A program made the position numbers and the translations under genes. Below the pieces are notes generated by a model, which saw nothing but the letters and a program-made list of their open reading frames with translations, was not told the DNA's origin and searched no databases. Positions 30,018-40,005 of a stretch of DNA of 64,000 nucleotides are shown here, in pieces; position 1 is the stretch's first letter, and every line of letters begins with the position of its first letter. This DNA is from an uncultured Ulvibacter sp. (GTDB lineage Bacteria; Bacteroidota; Bacteroidia; Flavobacteriales; Flavobacteriaceae). The stretch is taken from NCBI GenBank assembly GCA_963974915.1, contig CAXBES010000014.1:49633-113632 (forward strand). Reading direction: 5' to 3'.

Positions 30018-30610
30018 GAAATATATCCAAAAATGGCTATAAAGGTAAATATAAGATATTGGAAGCTCGTAAAAGTAAACCCTTTATAAAAATAAAGTGG
30101 TACAGAAATCACATCCCCTACGATCCAATATATCCAATTCTCAATTTTTCGTTTGGCCATTAACCACATCCCCACAAAAAAGATCCCTGTAGTTATGGTG
30201 TCTACGTAAGCAGTCCAGTCGTTCCATTTGTCGAAGATCCGGTAAATAACAAATACGAATAAAAGTGTAGCAAGAAATATTAAGATCGAATATTGTTGCT
30301 CCCGTTTTGTGGTTTTCGAAATAGGGGTAACATGAGTCGCATCCACCTTACGAGTCCAAATAAACCAGCCGTAAACACTCATTATAAAATAATAAGCATT
30401 GATCATCATATCGCCCAGCAACGACCATTTTAAAAGTAAATACACGAAGATCGCGGTACTGATCATCCCCGTAGGGAAGACCCAAATTTTGTTCTCTTTA
30501 GAGAACCAAACAGATAAAAATCCAAAGATCACCGCAACGATTTCCAGAACAATATCCACCCTGTCGTAATCCTGATATTGACCAAATAAAAATTCAAAAA
30601 TGGGGCTCAT
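29978..30610 (-). CDS. pnuC: nicotinamide riboside (Pnu-family) transporter
   Basis: 210 aa, polytopic, with the conserved …SVYGWFIW motif. Confidence 0.85.
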   Translation of the reverse strand: MSPIFEFLFGQYQDYDRVDIVLEIVAVIFGFLSVWFSKENKIWVFPTGMISTAIFVYLLLKWSLLGDMMINAYYFIMSVYGWFIWTRKVDATHVTPISKTTKREQQYSILIFLATLLFVFVIYRIFDKWNDWTAYVDTITTGIFFVGMWLMAKRKIENWIYWIVGDVISVPLYFYKGFTFTSFQYLIFTFIAIFGYISWKKHLSNNPVAA

Positions 30611-30854
30611 ACTCGCTTCTGTCGGTTTTTACTATTTTTATATACAGCAATCCATTTTCGACGGCTTCTAAGGCTGTTTTCATTTCCTTCTGAAGTACTT
30701 TCATTACCTGATCATAATCACCGTAAACTTGGGTACTCAACGGATTCTCCAATACTGTTAGTCCCGAGCCTCGCAGTTGTTGAATGAAATTTATAATTGC
30801 AGGCTCAAAAGAATCCTGAAGTGGTGTTAATGTTAATTCTACAGAAATTTTCAT
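30594..30854 (-). CDS. MTH1187/YkoF-family small ligand (thiamine-type)-binding protein
   Basis: 86 aa with a ferredoxin-like fold signature of the YkoF/DUF77 family. Confidence 0.55.
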   Translation of the reverse strand: MKISVELTLTPLQDSFEPAIINFIQQLRGSGLTVLENPLSTQVYGDYDQVMKVLQKEMKTALEAVENGLLYIKIVKTDRSEYEPHF

Positions 30855-30863
30855 ATCCTATTC

Positions 30864-31565
30864 TTAAATTTGAGTTTCATAAACCGTTCCCATAACAACC
30901 ATATCTGCTCCGGCACCGTATGCCTTATTCATTTGTTCTTTTCTTCTAATGCCCCCACCAACGATCAACGGAATCGAAATTGCTTTCTTTACTTCAGAAA
31001 TAATACCTGGTAATACAGGAATTTGGGCTCCACTACCAGCTTCCAAATAGAGCAACTTCGCACCCATGTATTGCCCGGCCAATGCGGTACGAACAATTTG
31101 CAACACATCGTCTTGAGACATTGGGGCAGTGCCACTAACACGTGCAACCGAAGAATTATTCCCGCCATCTACCAATATATAACCTGTTGGGATCACTTCT
31201 AAATTAGTTTTAGATAGTTTTTCTACAGATTTCACCTGCTGACCAATAAGATACTCCGGATTTCGTCCGGAAATAAGGGACAAAAAGAGAAGTGCATCTG
31301 CTCTATCGGTAATTTGAGAATGATCTCCGGGAAAAAGAAAAACCGGTAATTTACAGTTTGCTTTCAGGGCTTTTACCGCCGTTTCTGTATGTCCATTAGC
31401 AACTGTACTTCCACCTACGAACAAATGTGTGGTTTCCTTCGGGATTTTCTTCAGAAAAGAAGTCACTTCAGAAATAGAAAATTTATCCGGATCTATTAAA
31501 ATAGCAAGGCATTTTTGTTTTTCAGAAATAAGTTTCAGAATAGAATTGTAATGCATTAATATCAT
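30864..31565 (-). CDS. geranylgeranylglyceryl/heptaprenylglyceryl phosphate synthase family protein (PcrB/GGGPS-like)
   Basis: TIM-barrel GGGPS signature (…LFVGGST…GADMVVMGT…). Confidence 0.7.
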   Translation of the reverse strand: MILMHYNSILKLISEKQKCLAILIDPDKFSISEVTSFLKKIPKETTHLFVGGSTVANGHTETAVKALKANCKLPVFLFPGDHSQITDRADALLFLSLISGRNPEYLIGQQVKSVEKLSKTNLEVIPTGYILVDGGNNSSVARVSGTAPMSQDDVLQIVRTALAGQYMGAKLLYLEAGSGAQIPVLPGIISEVKKAISIPLIVGGGIRRKEQMNKAYGAGADMVVMGTVYETQI

Positions 31566-31567
31566 TT

Positions 31568-32197
31568 TTATTGAAGTAATGCGTAGGCGCAAGTAAACTC
31601 GTCGAATTCCAGAAAACTAACATCATAATCAACTCTCACATCTTCAAAGCTAACATTGGCGGTGGTATCACTGGCTTCCAGTCTAAAATCTTCTACATAA
31701 ATATTCTGAATAAAACTCACCCCAGGGGTAGCGAAACTTTTATAGAGCGATTCTTTGGCGCACCAAACAATAGTTAGCTTTCGCATAATAGCATCGTCGT
31801 TGGCCAAAGTTCGGTATTCTTCAATTGGCGTAAATTTGTGAGCGATCTTTAAGATCTTTAATCGCTGTTTTTCTATATCAATCCCTACCTCCATATCACT
31901 TACGATGATAGCCGAAAAAATAAACGAATGAGTGATAGAAATATGTTTATCGTCCTTTAAATGCGGTTTCCCATGGTCGTCGTAATACAAATCGAAATCT
32001 GTATAACCCTCAAGAGCTAAAAGTTTCCTTACACTCATAAAACCCCGGCGATGCAGATCACTTTTCATTCCATCTACTCGCTCCCTGCAATGTGTAGTGA
32101 GCTCAACTCCCCGAGAGAGTTCATCAAACGATTCTTCTATCTTCCAAATGAGGACTTTAGTGCTTTTGTTAACTGTTATAGTTTTGTAAAGAGGCAT
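31568..32197 (-). CDS. 4'-phosphopantetheinyl transferase family protein
   Basis: PPTase motifs (…GIDIE… and W-C-A-K-E-S-L-Y-K). Confidence 0.7.
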   Translation of the reverse strand: MPLYKTITVNKSTKVLIWKIEESFDELSRGVELTTHCRERVDGMKSDLHRRGFMSVRKLLALEGYTDFDLYYDDHGKPHLKDDKHISITHSFIFSAIIVSDMEVGIDIEKQRLKILKIAHKFTPIEEYRTLANDDAIMRKLTIVWCAKESLYKSFATPGVSFIQNIYVEDFRLEASDTTANVSFEDVRVDYDVSFLEFDEFTCAYALLQ

Positions 32198-32283
32198 AAA
32201 TATGTTAGAGATATTACGTACTTTTGCAGTCGAAAAATTAATTTTAACAGATTCCCTGCTTATAGGGAATAAAGATAATAAAT

Positions 32284-33600
32284 ATGTCAACGAACACAGT
32301 ACCTTACACCGCTTATAAAGTAAAAGATATTTCCCTGGCAGATTGGGGACGTAAAGAAATTGAACTTGCCGAAGCAGAAATGCCCGGTTTAATGTCTTTA
32401 AGAGAAGAGTATAAAGATGAGCAACCGTTAAAAGGTGCTCGTATCGCCGGATGTCTGCACATGACTATTCAAACAGCCGTTCTTATTGAAACATTACAAG
32501 CCCTGGGAGCCGATGTTACCTGGAGTTCTTGTAATATTTTCTCTACACAAGACCAGGCTGCTGCTGCGGTAGCTGCTGCCGGAACACCCGTTTATGCCTG
32601 GAAAGGTATGACAGAAGAAGAGTTCGACTGGTGTATTGAACAAACTCTGTTCTTTGGTGAAGACCGTAAGCCATTAAATATGATACTTGACGATGGAGGT
32701 GACCTTACCAATATGGTTTTAGACAAATACCCTGAATTGACGTCAGGAATTAAAGGCTTGAGTGAAGAAACTACTACAGGAGTTCACCGTTTATATGAAC
32801 GAGTAAAAAAGGGAACTCTTCCTATGCCGGCTATTAATATTAACGATAGTGTTACAAAATCTAAATTTGATAATAAGTACGGATGTCGCGAAAGTGCTGT
32901 AGATGCGATTAGACGTGCAACCGATGTGATGCTTGCCGGTAAACGTGTTGTAGTTTGTGGTTATGGAGATGTTGGAAAAGGTACCGCTGCTTCGTTTAAA
33001 GGAGCCGGTTCTATTGTTACCGTTACCGAAATCGACCCGATCTGTGCACTTCAGGCTGCGATGGACGGATTTGAGGTTAAGCGTTTGGAAACCGTTGTTG
33101 GAAATGCAGATATCGTAATAACTACCACAGGAAACAAGGATATTGTTCAAGGAAAACATTTTCAGGCGATGAAAGATAAAACCATCGTTTGTAATATTGG
33201 ACATTTTGATAACGAGATCGCAGTTTCATGGCTTAACGACAATTACGGAAACACTAAGGTTGAGATCAAACCTCAGGTAGATAAATACACTATCGATGGA
33301 AAAGACATCATTCTTTTGGCCGAAGGTCGTTTGGTGAATTTAGGTTGTGCTACAGGTCACCCAAGTTTTGTAATGAGTAACTCGTTTACCAATCAGACGT
33401 TGGCACAAATTGAATTGTGGAAACACAGCGACAGATACGAAAATGAAGTTTATATGCTTCCGAAGCACTTAGATGAGAAAGTGGCACAATTGCACTTGGC
33501 AAAGATTGGTGTTGAGTTAACCGAACTTCGTGAAGATCAGGCAGAATACATTGGAGTTCCTGTAAAAGGTCCATTCAAGCCAGAGTATTATAGATACTAA
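32284..33600 (+). CDS. ahcY: adenosylhomocysteinase
   Basis: 438 aa with an NAD-binding GYGDVGKG motif; full-length SAHH similarity. Confidence 0.95.
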   Translation: MSTNTVPYTAYKVKDISLADWGRKEIELAEAEMPGLMSLREEYKDEQPLKGARIAGCLHMTIQTAVLIETLQALGADVTWSSCNIFSTQDQAAAAVAAAGTPVYAWKGMTEEEFDWCIEQTLFFGEDRKPLNMILDDGGDLTNMVLDKYPELTSGIKGLSEETTTGVHRLYERVKKGTLPMPAININDSVTKSKFDNKYGCRESAVDAIRRATDVMLAGKRVVVCGYGDVGKGTAASFKGAGSIVTVTEIDPICALQAAMDGFEVKRLETVVGNADIVITTTGNKDIVQGKHFQAMKDKTIVCNIGHFDNEIAVSWLNDNYGNTKVEIKPQVDKYTIDGKDIILLAEGRLVNLGCATGHPSFVMSNSFTNQTLAQIELWKHSDRYENEVYMLPKHLDEKVAQLHLAKIGVELTELREDQAEYIGVPVKGPFKPEYYRY

Positions 33601-33961
33601 ATAGAAGAAATGTTACCTCGAACGTAGTGAGAGGTCTCATCCACTTATAAATTAAAGAAAAGCCTTTGCGTTAGTTGGGCAATTCCCGGACGCTCGCTAA
33701 CGCTCGGTCTGGATCGGGCTTTCGCTGCTAGTTTTGCAAAACCCCTTGTAGAAGTTTGACAAAAGCTATTCGCTCTATCCCTATTGCAAAAAGTAGAATA
33801 CTGAATTTCATTAGATGGTTTTAAGAAAGAGCATCAATATATATACCGACTTGAAGTGGAAAGTCTACCCTAAGGTTTACAAAGCGTCAGGAGTCGAGTA
33901 CGAAGTCGAAAGAAAAAAGAAAAGATGAGCGATGCGGGATATTAGTTTATGGTATAATTGT

Positions 33962-34372
33962 TTAGCGATCTTTCGTGCGATACACAAACTTCAATCCGCT
34001 CCAGTCCTTATCAATAGCCGCCACTTTAATATCAACCAAACCTACATTCAACAACATATAATCTCTCACAGCCTCTCTATGTATATCGGTTGCAATTTTA
34101 GAAGTACCCTTGGGCCAACTTACCCACAGCATTCCGGTCTTTTTAAGGAAGGATTTCAATGAAAGCGCCTGATTTTCAAGGCTGGAAATTGTGTTGCAAA
34201 AAAGATGTATAAAATCTAACGATTCGGTTTCAGGATTTTTAGCCAGTACGACATTCTCGGGGAAATCTGAAAAAAGACTAAAATAGTGCTTGGGTTGGTT
34301 GACCAACATTATGGAAAACCCGTCTTTAATTCCAAGTTTTCGAGCCAAAGGAGTTTTTGAGTAGCCTTGCAT
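33962..34372 (-). CDS. hypothetical protein (DUF-type, conserved in Bacteroidota)
   Basis: 136-aa ORF with no known motifs. Confidence 0.4.
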   Translation of the reverse strand: MQGYSKTPLARKLGIKDGFSIMLVNQPKHYFSLFSDFPENVVLAKNPETESLDFIHLFCNTISSLENQALSLKSFLKKTGMLWVSWPKGTSKIATDIHREAVRDYMLLNVGLVDIKVAAIDKDWSGLKFVYRTKDR

Positions 34373-34391
34373 GTGATTCTATTTAAGTTGA

Positions 34392-34724
34392 TCACTTCCG
34401 CTTTCTAAAAATATAGCTCATCCAAACAGGGTCGTTATCTTCTGAAACAACTGCTTGACGCTCTACAAACTCCCAATTATTAGCATTCATATAATTGAGC
34501 AGTGTCGATGTCTCTTCAATATCCTCGATTTCATCAACGGTGATATTCTTACCCACCAACGACTGTTGTTCTTCAACTTTTATTCTCTTAACTTTTCCGC
34601 GGTTATTTGCTTTTTGTACTACAATGATCTCTAAAAAATCATATTTGGTAATTTCCTGAGAATATACATTAGAAGAAAATAAAACACACAATGCGAATAA
34701 CAGTATAGGAGTTGCTTTTTTCAT
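34392..34724 (-). CDS. hypothetical secreted protein
   Basis: Signal peptide. Confidence 0.4.
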   Translation of the reverse strand: MKKATPILLFALCVLFSSNVYSQEITKYDFLEIIVVQKANNRGKVKRIKVEEQQSLVGKNITVDEIEDIEETSTLLNYMNANNWEFVERQAVVSEDNDPVWMSYIFRKRK

Positions 34725-34871
34725 GAAGGTGAATATATAGATGATTGTTTTATGAGTTGCACTAATTTACAAAAATTGTATGCAAACTGTATTAAATGAT
34801 CTATTGTGCATAGAAATAAAGTTCGCATAAGGAATCGGCCTACGGCAGAAAGACCCTATGACCATCCAAAT

Positions 34872-34906
34872 AAAAAACCCTCTCCGCAACTGCAAAGAGG
34901 GTTCTT
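34872..34906 (-). terminator. rho-independent terminator of the rplU-rpmA operon
   Basis: CCCTCT-ccgcaactgcaa-AGAGGG with a T-run on the minus strand. Confidence 0.6.
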
Positions 34907-34924
34907 AATATAATCTAAATAATC

Positions 34925-35188
34925 TTAAGCTTCTGCGTTAGGAACGATAGAAACGTACGATTTGTTATCCTTCTTTTTGGTAAATTTTACTACACCGTCT
35001 ACTTTAGCGTGTAACGTATGGTCTTTTCCACCGTATACATTCTCACCTGGATGGTGTGTATTACCTCTTTGTCTTACAATGATATTTCCAGCAATAGCAG
35101 ATTGACCACCAAATATCTTAACACCAAGGCGTTTCGATTCTGATTCTCTACCGTTCTTAGAACTACCAACTCCTTTTTTATGAGCCAT
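34925..35188 (-). CDS. rpmA: 50S ribosomal protein bL27
   Basis: [22 protein letters not shown]… N-terminus. Confidence 0.95.
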   Translation of the reverse strand: MAHKKGVGSSKNGRESESKRLGVKIFGGQSAIAGNIIVRQRGNTHHPGENVYGGKDHTLHAKVDGVVKFTKKKDNKSYVSIVPNAEA

Positions 35189-35223
35189 CTTGTTTCGGTT
35201 TTATATATTATACTTAAGCAGAA

Positions 35224-35967
35224 TTATTTTCTTCCGCCGTCTAACTTATCTTGTAATTCTTTAAGCTCATCCCACTTACCATCTGCAGCTAATTTTGCTT
35301 GCTCTGGCCATGTATCTGTCACTAAGTGAGCCATTCTAGAACTCGCTTCAGATAAAATAGTAGCAATTGCTTCCGGTTTTGCCTTTGCAACTTTTGCAAA
35401 AGTATCTAACCCCGCATTAATCATTGCCTCAGCAGCTTTTGGTCCAACACCTTCGATCTTTTTAAGATCATCTGCTTTTCCGCTTGCCTTCTTAGGAGCA
35501 GCTTTTTTCGCAGGAGCTTTAGTCTCAGCTTTAGCCTTAGGAGCAGCAGTTTTTGCTTCTTTCTTAGGCTCAGCTTTGGCTTTTGCCGGCGCAGCTTTTT
35601 CTTTAGTCTTTGTTGCTTTCGCCGAAGTAGACTCAGTTTTTGATTTTTTAGCTCCCGAAGAAACTATGCTTTCAATAACGATCTCAGAAAGAGACTGACG
35701 GTGACCATTCTTAACTCGGTAACCTTTTCTTCTTTTCTTTTTAAAGACAATAACTTTGTCACCTTTTAGGTGTCTAACGACTTTAGCTCCAACAAGAGCG
35801 CCGTTTATAGCCGGGGCGCCAAGAGTGATATTGTCACCATCACCAACAAGAAGCACATTGTCGAATTCGACTTTCTTACCTTCTTCTGTTGATAAACGAT
35901 TTACAAAAACCTTTTGGTCTTTTGCAACTTTAAATTGCTGCCCTGCTATCTCTACAATTGCGTACAT
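35224..35967 (-). CDS. rplU: 50S ribosomal protein bL21 with about 140-aa lysine/alanine-rich + HhH C-terminal extension
   Basis: N-terminal ~105 aa is canonical L21. The rest is a KAxK-rich region followed by an HhH-like DLKKIEGVGPKAAEAMINAGL. Confidence 0.85.
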   Translation of the reverse strand: MYAIVEIAGQQFKVAKDQKVFVNRLSTEEGKKVEFDNVLLVGDGDNITLGAPAINGALVGAKVVRHLKGDKVIVFKKKRRKGYRVKNGHRQSLSEIVIESIVSSGAKKSKTESTSAKATKTKEKAAPAKAKAEPKKEAKTAAPKAKAETKAPAKKAAPKKASGKADDLKKIEGVGPKAAEAMINAGLDTFAKVAKAKPEAIATILSEASSRMAHLVTDTWPEQAKLAADGKWDELKELQDKLDGGRK

Positions 35968-36102
35968 AGCGTAACGTTTATTAATTTAGTTAATATTACA
36001 ATCTCCCAATTTTAAAGGGCTAAGCCCTCCAATGCGAACAAGGTTCGCGTAGGGGGCTGCAAATATAATTCTTAATATGGAATTTACAAAGTGTTTATTT
36101 GC

Positions 36103-36561
36103 TTATTTTAAGGCATTTCGGTTTCCATCAGGAGTGTTCCAGGAAGTTTTGAGAAGCTGCATAAAAGCCAGAGTTAAAACGAGCGATGTAGAGATCCCCA
36201 TTATAAATATGGTTACAAGAACCATAAATGTCCCACTAGCATAATCGAGGTTCCAGGAATCAAGGATGCGAGTTGCAAACTCAGTATCTAATTGATACAT
36301 ATAAATTGCCATTAATATTGTAAAAATAACACTTGCCACAGCCCCTGTCATAAAACCAACCTGAAAGCCTTTTTGATATTTAAAGGAAGTTGCCTGAGAC
36401 TTATATTTTTTCATCGCCAAAAGAATACCTCCACCAAAAAACACTCCATTTAAAGCACTAAAAATTGGGTATTGATGTAATCCTATAAACTTTAACACGA
36501 TAAAATAAATGATAAGTGCAGTCGCGATGACTACTCCGTATTTTGTATATACTTTTCCCAT
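36103..36561 (-). CDS. DUF4199-like small membrane protein
   Basis: 4 TM helices, 152 aa. Confidence 0.45.
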   Translation of the reverse strand: MGKVYTKYGVVIATALIIYFIVLKFIGLHQYPIFSALNGVFFGGGILLAMKKYKSQATSFKYQKGFQVGFMTGAVASVIFTILMAIYMYQLDTEFATRILDSWNLDYASGTFMVLVTIFIMGISTSLVLTLAFMQLLKTSWNTPDGNRNALK

Positions 36562-36627
36562 AATACTTGTCTTTACTCATATAAATTTCGGGAAAAAAAT
36601 TTAAATGTGGCACTAATTAACAATACG

Positions 36628-37509
36628 TTAATTTCTCACCTTCCTTTTATTTGCCAAATAAACCCCTAATAATATGATGATTGCAGCTATGATCTGTAAG
36701 ATTCCAAAGCTCTCCCCATCAATAAAACCCCACATAACCGCCACAAGGGGCATGGTATAAGTGACAGAAGAAGCGAACACCGGACTCGCAATTTGAACTA
36801 ACTTATTAAATATAACCTTTGCTATAGCCGTTCCAAATAAAGATAGGATAGCAACATACACAAAAGAGGTTTGCATTGCCTGAGACTCCCAAATAGTTTT
36901 AAAAAATCCCGAAAAGTAAAGGATTAGCAAGGCAGGTAAAAAAATTAAAATAAAATTCCCTGTAGTTATTGCCAAAGCATTCACGTCACTTAAATACTTC
37001 TTAATGATATTCACATTGAAAGCATAACCAATTGTAGAAATGATGATCAAGGTACTATACCAATAATTCTGATTAGGGTTAATATCTGCGCCGGCAAATA
37101 ACAGAAGTAACGTGCCCACAAAACCAATCACTACTCCAAGCATTTGAAGCCTTGAACTCTTTAGACCCATAAATACCAAACCAGTTATGATTGTGCTTAA
37201 GGGCGTTAACGAGTTGAGAATAGAAGCAACAGAGCTGTCAATATGACTTTGTGCCAAGGCAAAAAAGAATGGAGGAAAAAAGGAACCGATAAAGCCCGTT
37301 ATTGCGATCCATTTCCAATGGTGCTTCTCTACCTTTCTCAGACTTTTAAATCCGACACTAAATAAAAAAACAGATGTTAGCACAATACGTAACGCTCCAA
37401 CTTCGAAAGCCGTAAGCCCAACCAGACCTTTTTTAATGAGTATAAATGAGCTTCCCCATATTGCAGAAAGCAGAATTAAATAAACCCATTTTAAACTGTT
37501 TGTACTCAT
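36628..37509 (-). CDS. EamA/DMT-family transporter
   Basis: 10 TM helices in two EamA-like halves. Confidence 0.7.
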   Translation of the reverse strand: MSTNSLKWVYLILLSAIWGSSFILIKKGLVGLTAFEVGALRIVLTSVFLFSVGFKSLRKVEKHHWKWIAITGFIGSFFPPFFFALAQSHIDSSVASILNSLTPLSTIITGLVFMGLKSSRLQMLGVVIGFVGTLLLLFAGADINPNQNYWYSTLIIISTIGYAFNVNIIKKYLSDVNALAITTGNFILIFLPALLILYFSGFFKTIWESQAMQTSFVYVAILSLFGTAIAKVIFNKLVQIASPVFASSVTYTMPLVAVMWGFIDGESFGILQIIAAIIILLGVYLANKRKVRN

Positions 37510-37595
37510 TGAGCATTTTGAATCGATAAAATTCGTAAATATTATCAGCTTTATATGCTCTTAATAATAGATTTTAAAAATAGAGGAATAGACAA

Positions 37596-38159
37596 CTAGT
37601 TCTTCCATTCTATGGTTTCCATAATGGAGCGCACGTCTTCTCTTAAATATACTACAGCCGGATAAATTGAATCGAAATTGGGTTTCGCTTCAAAATAAAC
37701 AGACCCAGTAATAAAGTGATTAATACTATCGGTTACATAGAACTGAGATTGTGTTGCCGCATTTCCGTCGATCATATAAAGCATTCCGAAGACCTTATTG
37801 ATAGAATCGACCCGTGGTTGTTCCAAAATAGACTGTGCTTTAATTGTATGGTCATAGGTTAGTTTCTGCGCATCATACAATAACGAATCCAGGTTTTGGT
37901 ACCTGATCTTTTGGTAGGTGAGGTAAATCGTGGCTTTCATATTGGGGTAGCGCAAGTTCATTCCGCAACCCTTTTTCTCTACCAGTTTGGCGCTCTCATT
38001 TTTCAGGAAAGTATAAGGACATTCTGTTTTAATTCGCTGGTAAGTAGCTTTCGGATATTCTAAACTAAGCTTAGCACTTGGTTTAACCACCAGATCATCT
38101 CCACAAGAACACAAAGAACAGCAAAAAAATAAGATAACCAGATAACGCATACTACTCAT
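37596..38159 (-). CDS. gldD: gliding motility lipoprotein GldD
   Basis: 187-aa lipoprotein (…CSLCSCG) immediately downstream of the gldE homolog. Synteny matches Flavobacterium johnsoniae. Confidence 0.7.
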   Translation of the reverse strand: MSSMRYLVILFFCCSLCSCGDDLVVKPSAKLSLEYPKATYQRIKTECPYTFLKNESAKLVEKKGCGMNLRYPNMKATIYLTYQKIRYQNLDSLLYDAQKLTYDHTIKAQSILEQPRVDSINKVFGMLYMIDGNAATQSQFYVTDSINHFITGSVYFEAKPNFDSIYPAVVYLREDVRSIMETIEWKN

Positions 38160-39462
38160 TTATAGAAAGTTTTATTTGTTTGATTCGTTTATTATCGAAC
38201 GCTTCAATAGTAAACGAATAATTATGGAATGATAGTATCTCGTCCTTCTTCGGAAAACCCTTAGAAATCTCAAGAAGAAAACCCGCTAAAGTTTCTGCTT
38301 CTCCTTTCTCTTCCTCAAAAATGCTCGTGTCTTCCAATTTTAGGACTTTGTAAAAATCTTTCAATGGAGTTTTTCCTTCAAAAACGAAAGTGTTGTCATC
38401 TAGTTTTGAAAACACCAGATCTTCATCGTCAAACTCATCACTAATTTCTCCAACGATCTCTTCAATTATATCCTCAAGCGATATTAAACCACTGGTGCCA
38501 CCATATTCATCAACAACGATCGCTAAATGCATTTTCATTTCTTTGAATTCGTTGAGAAGGTCATCTAATTTCTTGTTTTCGGGCACAAAGTAGGCCTCTC
38601 GCTTTAGTTTTTGCCAATCCAGAGTCTTTCGTTCTATAAAAGGCATAAGATCCTTTACATATAAAATACCTGTAATGTTATCTATACTGTCTTTAAAAAC
38701 AGGTATTCTGGAATAGCCATGGCTAATTATTTCGGGCATAATATCCTTAAAACTCAACTCTTCGTTAAGTGCGAAGATATCCATACGGTTCTTCATGACC
38801 TGCTTGGTATCAGTGTTTCCAAAAGTTACAATACCTTGTAAGATCTTGTGCTCTTCGTGCGTAGTATCATCTTCATTAGTAAGCTCTAAAGCTTGCGATA
38901 ATTGATCTACGCTCAGGTTCGATTTCTGCTTTCCGAACTTCTCATGAATATAGATAGTGGCTGCCCGCATTGGCATACTTATAGGTGTTAAAAGCGTATC
39001 CAAAACATTTAAGGGATAGGCCATTCTGGAAGCGAATTTCACATTATTTCTACTGGCATATATCTTAGGTAAGATCTCTCCAAAGAGTAAAATAATAAAG
39101 GTCACTACTCCAACTTCTACAATGAACCGAAGGTTGTATTGATCGGTAATCCCCGAAAACATCAATTCGGTAAGCGAATCAAAGAGAAGTACGATAGCAA
39201 TATTGATAAAATTATTTGCCACTAAAATAGTAGCCAATAACTTCTTGGGCTTTTCTAACAACTTCTCGACGATGACCAACTGTTTGGAAGGAGATTTATC
39301 GTTAGAATCTTCAAAATGGGTTGGAGAAAGCGAGAAAAAAGCCACTTCAGCTCCCGATATTAAAGCCGAACACAACAACAATATCAAGAGAAATGAAAAA
39401 CTAATGATATAGGTGTAATTTAATAAAGCTATAAAAAGTAAACTGGGAGGCTCTATATCCAA
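38152..39462 (-). CDS. gldE: gliding motility protein GldE (CNNM/HlyC-type, DUF21-CBS-CorC)
   Basis: N-terminal DUF21 TMs, a CBS pair and a C-terminal CorC_HlyC domain. Adjacent to ssb and mutY. Confidence 0.75.
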   Translation of the reverse strand: MDIEPPSLLFIALLNYTYIISFSFLLILLLCSALISGAEVAFFSLSPTHFEDSNDKSPSKQLVIVEKLLEKPKKLLATILVANNFINIAIVLLFDSLTELMFSGITDQYNLRFIVEVGVVTFIILLFGEILPKIYASRNNVKFASRMAYPLNVLDTLLTPISMPMRAATIYIHEKFGKQKSNLSVDQLSQALELTNEDDTTHEEHKILQGIVTFGNTDTKQVMKNRMDIFALNEELSFKDIMPEIISHGYSRIPVFKDSIDNITGILYVKDLMPFIERKTLDWQKLKREAYFVPENKKLDDLLNEFKEMKMHLAIVVDEYGGTSGLISLEDIIEEIVGEISDEFDDEDLVFSKLDDNTFVFEGKTPLKDFYKVLKLEDTSIFEEEKGEAETLAGFLLEISKGFPKKDEILSFHNYSFTIEAFDNKRIKQIKLSINE

Positions 39463-39483
39463 AATACCTGGTTTAGTTAGACA

Positions 39484-39942
39484 TTAAAAAGGCAGGTCGT
39501 CATCGTCACCTACATGCTCTTCCACCTGAGGTTCTACATTAGAAGATTTCGACACGGTTTGTTGCCCCTGATTAGAGTTGTTTTGAGGCATTGATCCGCC
39601 TTCCGACTTAGGAGAAAGGAAGGTGAAATCTGTACATTGAATTTCGGTACTATATCGATCCATTCCCTTTTCATCTTGCCATTTGCGCGTTTTTAATCTA
39701 CCTTCAATATAAACTTTATCACCTTTATTAAGGTATTTTTCGCAAATTTCTGCAGCTTTATTTCTAACTACAATATTGTGCCATTCGGTATTGCTTACCT
39801 TCTCGCCTGTTGTTCTGTTTGTATAGGTTTCATTTGTTGCAAGCGGAAATCTGCCAATACTCCCTCCCCCTTCAAAATAGTGCATTTTCACTTCATCACC
39901 TGTATGCCCAATTAGCATTACTTTGTTTAACGTACCACTCAT
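39484..39942 (-). CDS. ssb: single-stranded DNA-binding protein
   Basis: OB fold, Gly/Gln-rich linker, C-terminal DDDDLPF. Confidence 0.93.
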   Translation of the reverse strand: MSGTLNKVMLIGHTGDEVKMHYFEGGGSIGRFPLATNETYTNRTTGEKVSNTEWHNIVVRNKAAEICEKYLNKGDKVYIEGRLKTRKWQDEKGMDRYSTEIQCTDFTFLSPKSEGGSMPQNNSNQGQQTVSKSSNVEPQVEEHVGDDDDLPF

Positions 39943-40005
39943 TTTCTTTATTTTATATTTTTACAAAGGTATATTTTGTCTTTTAAATATAGCTATTTTT
40001 TTTAG

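Noticed and set aside
33601-33961. 360-bp intergenic region after ahcY with a GC-rich patch (about 33690-33740) examined for tRNA/SRP/RNase P/6S RNA
   Set aside because: No T-arm (GGTTCGAATCC-like), SRP domain IV (GGAAGGAAGCAG) or RNase P signatures were seen. Left unannotated.
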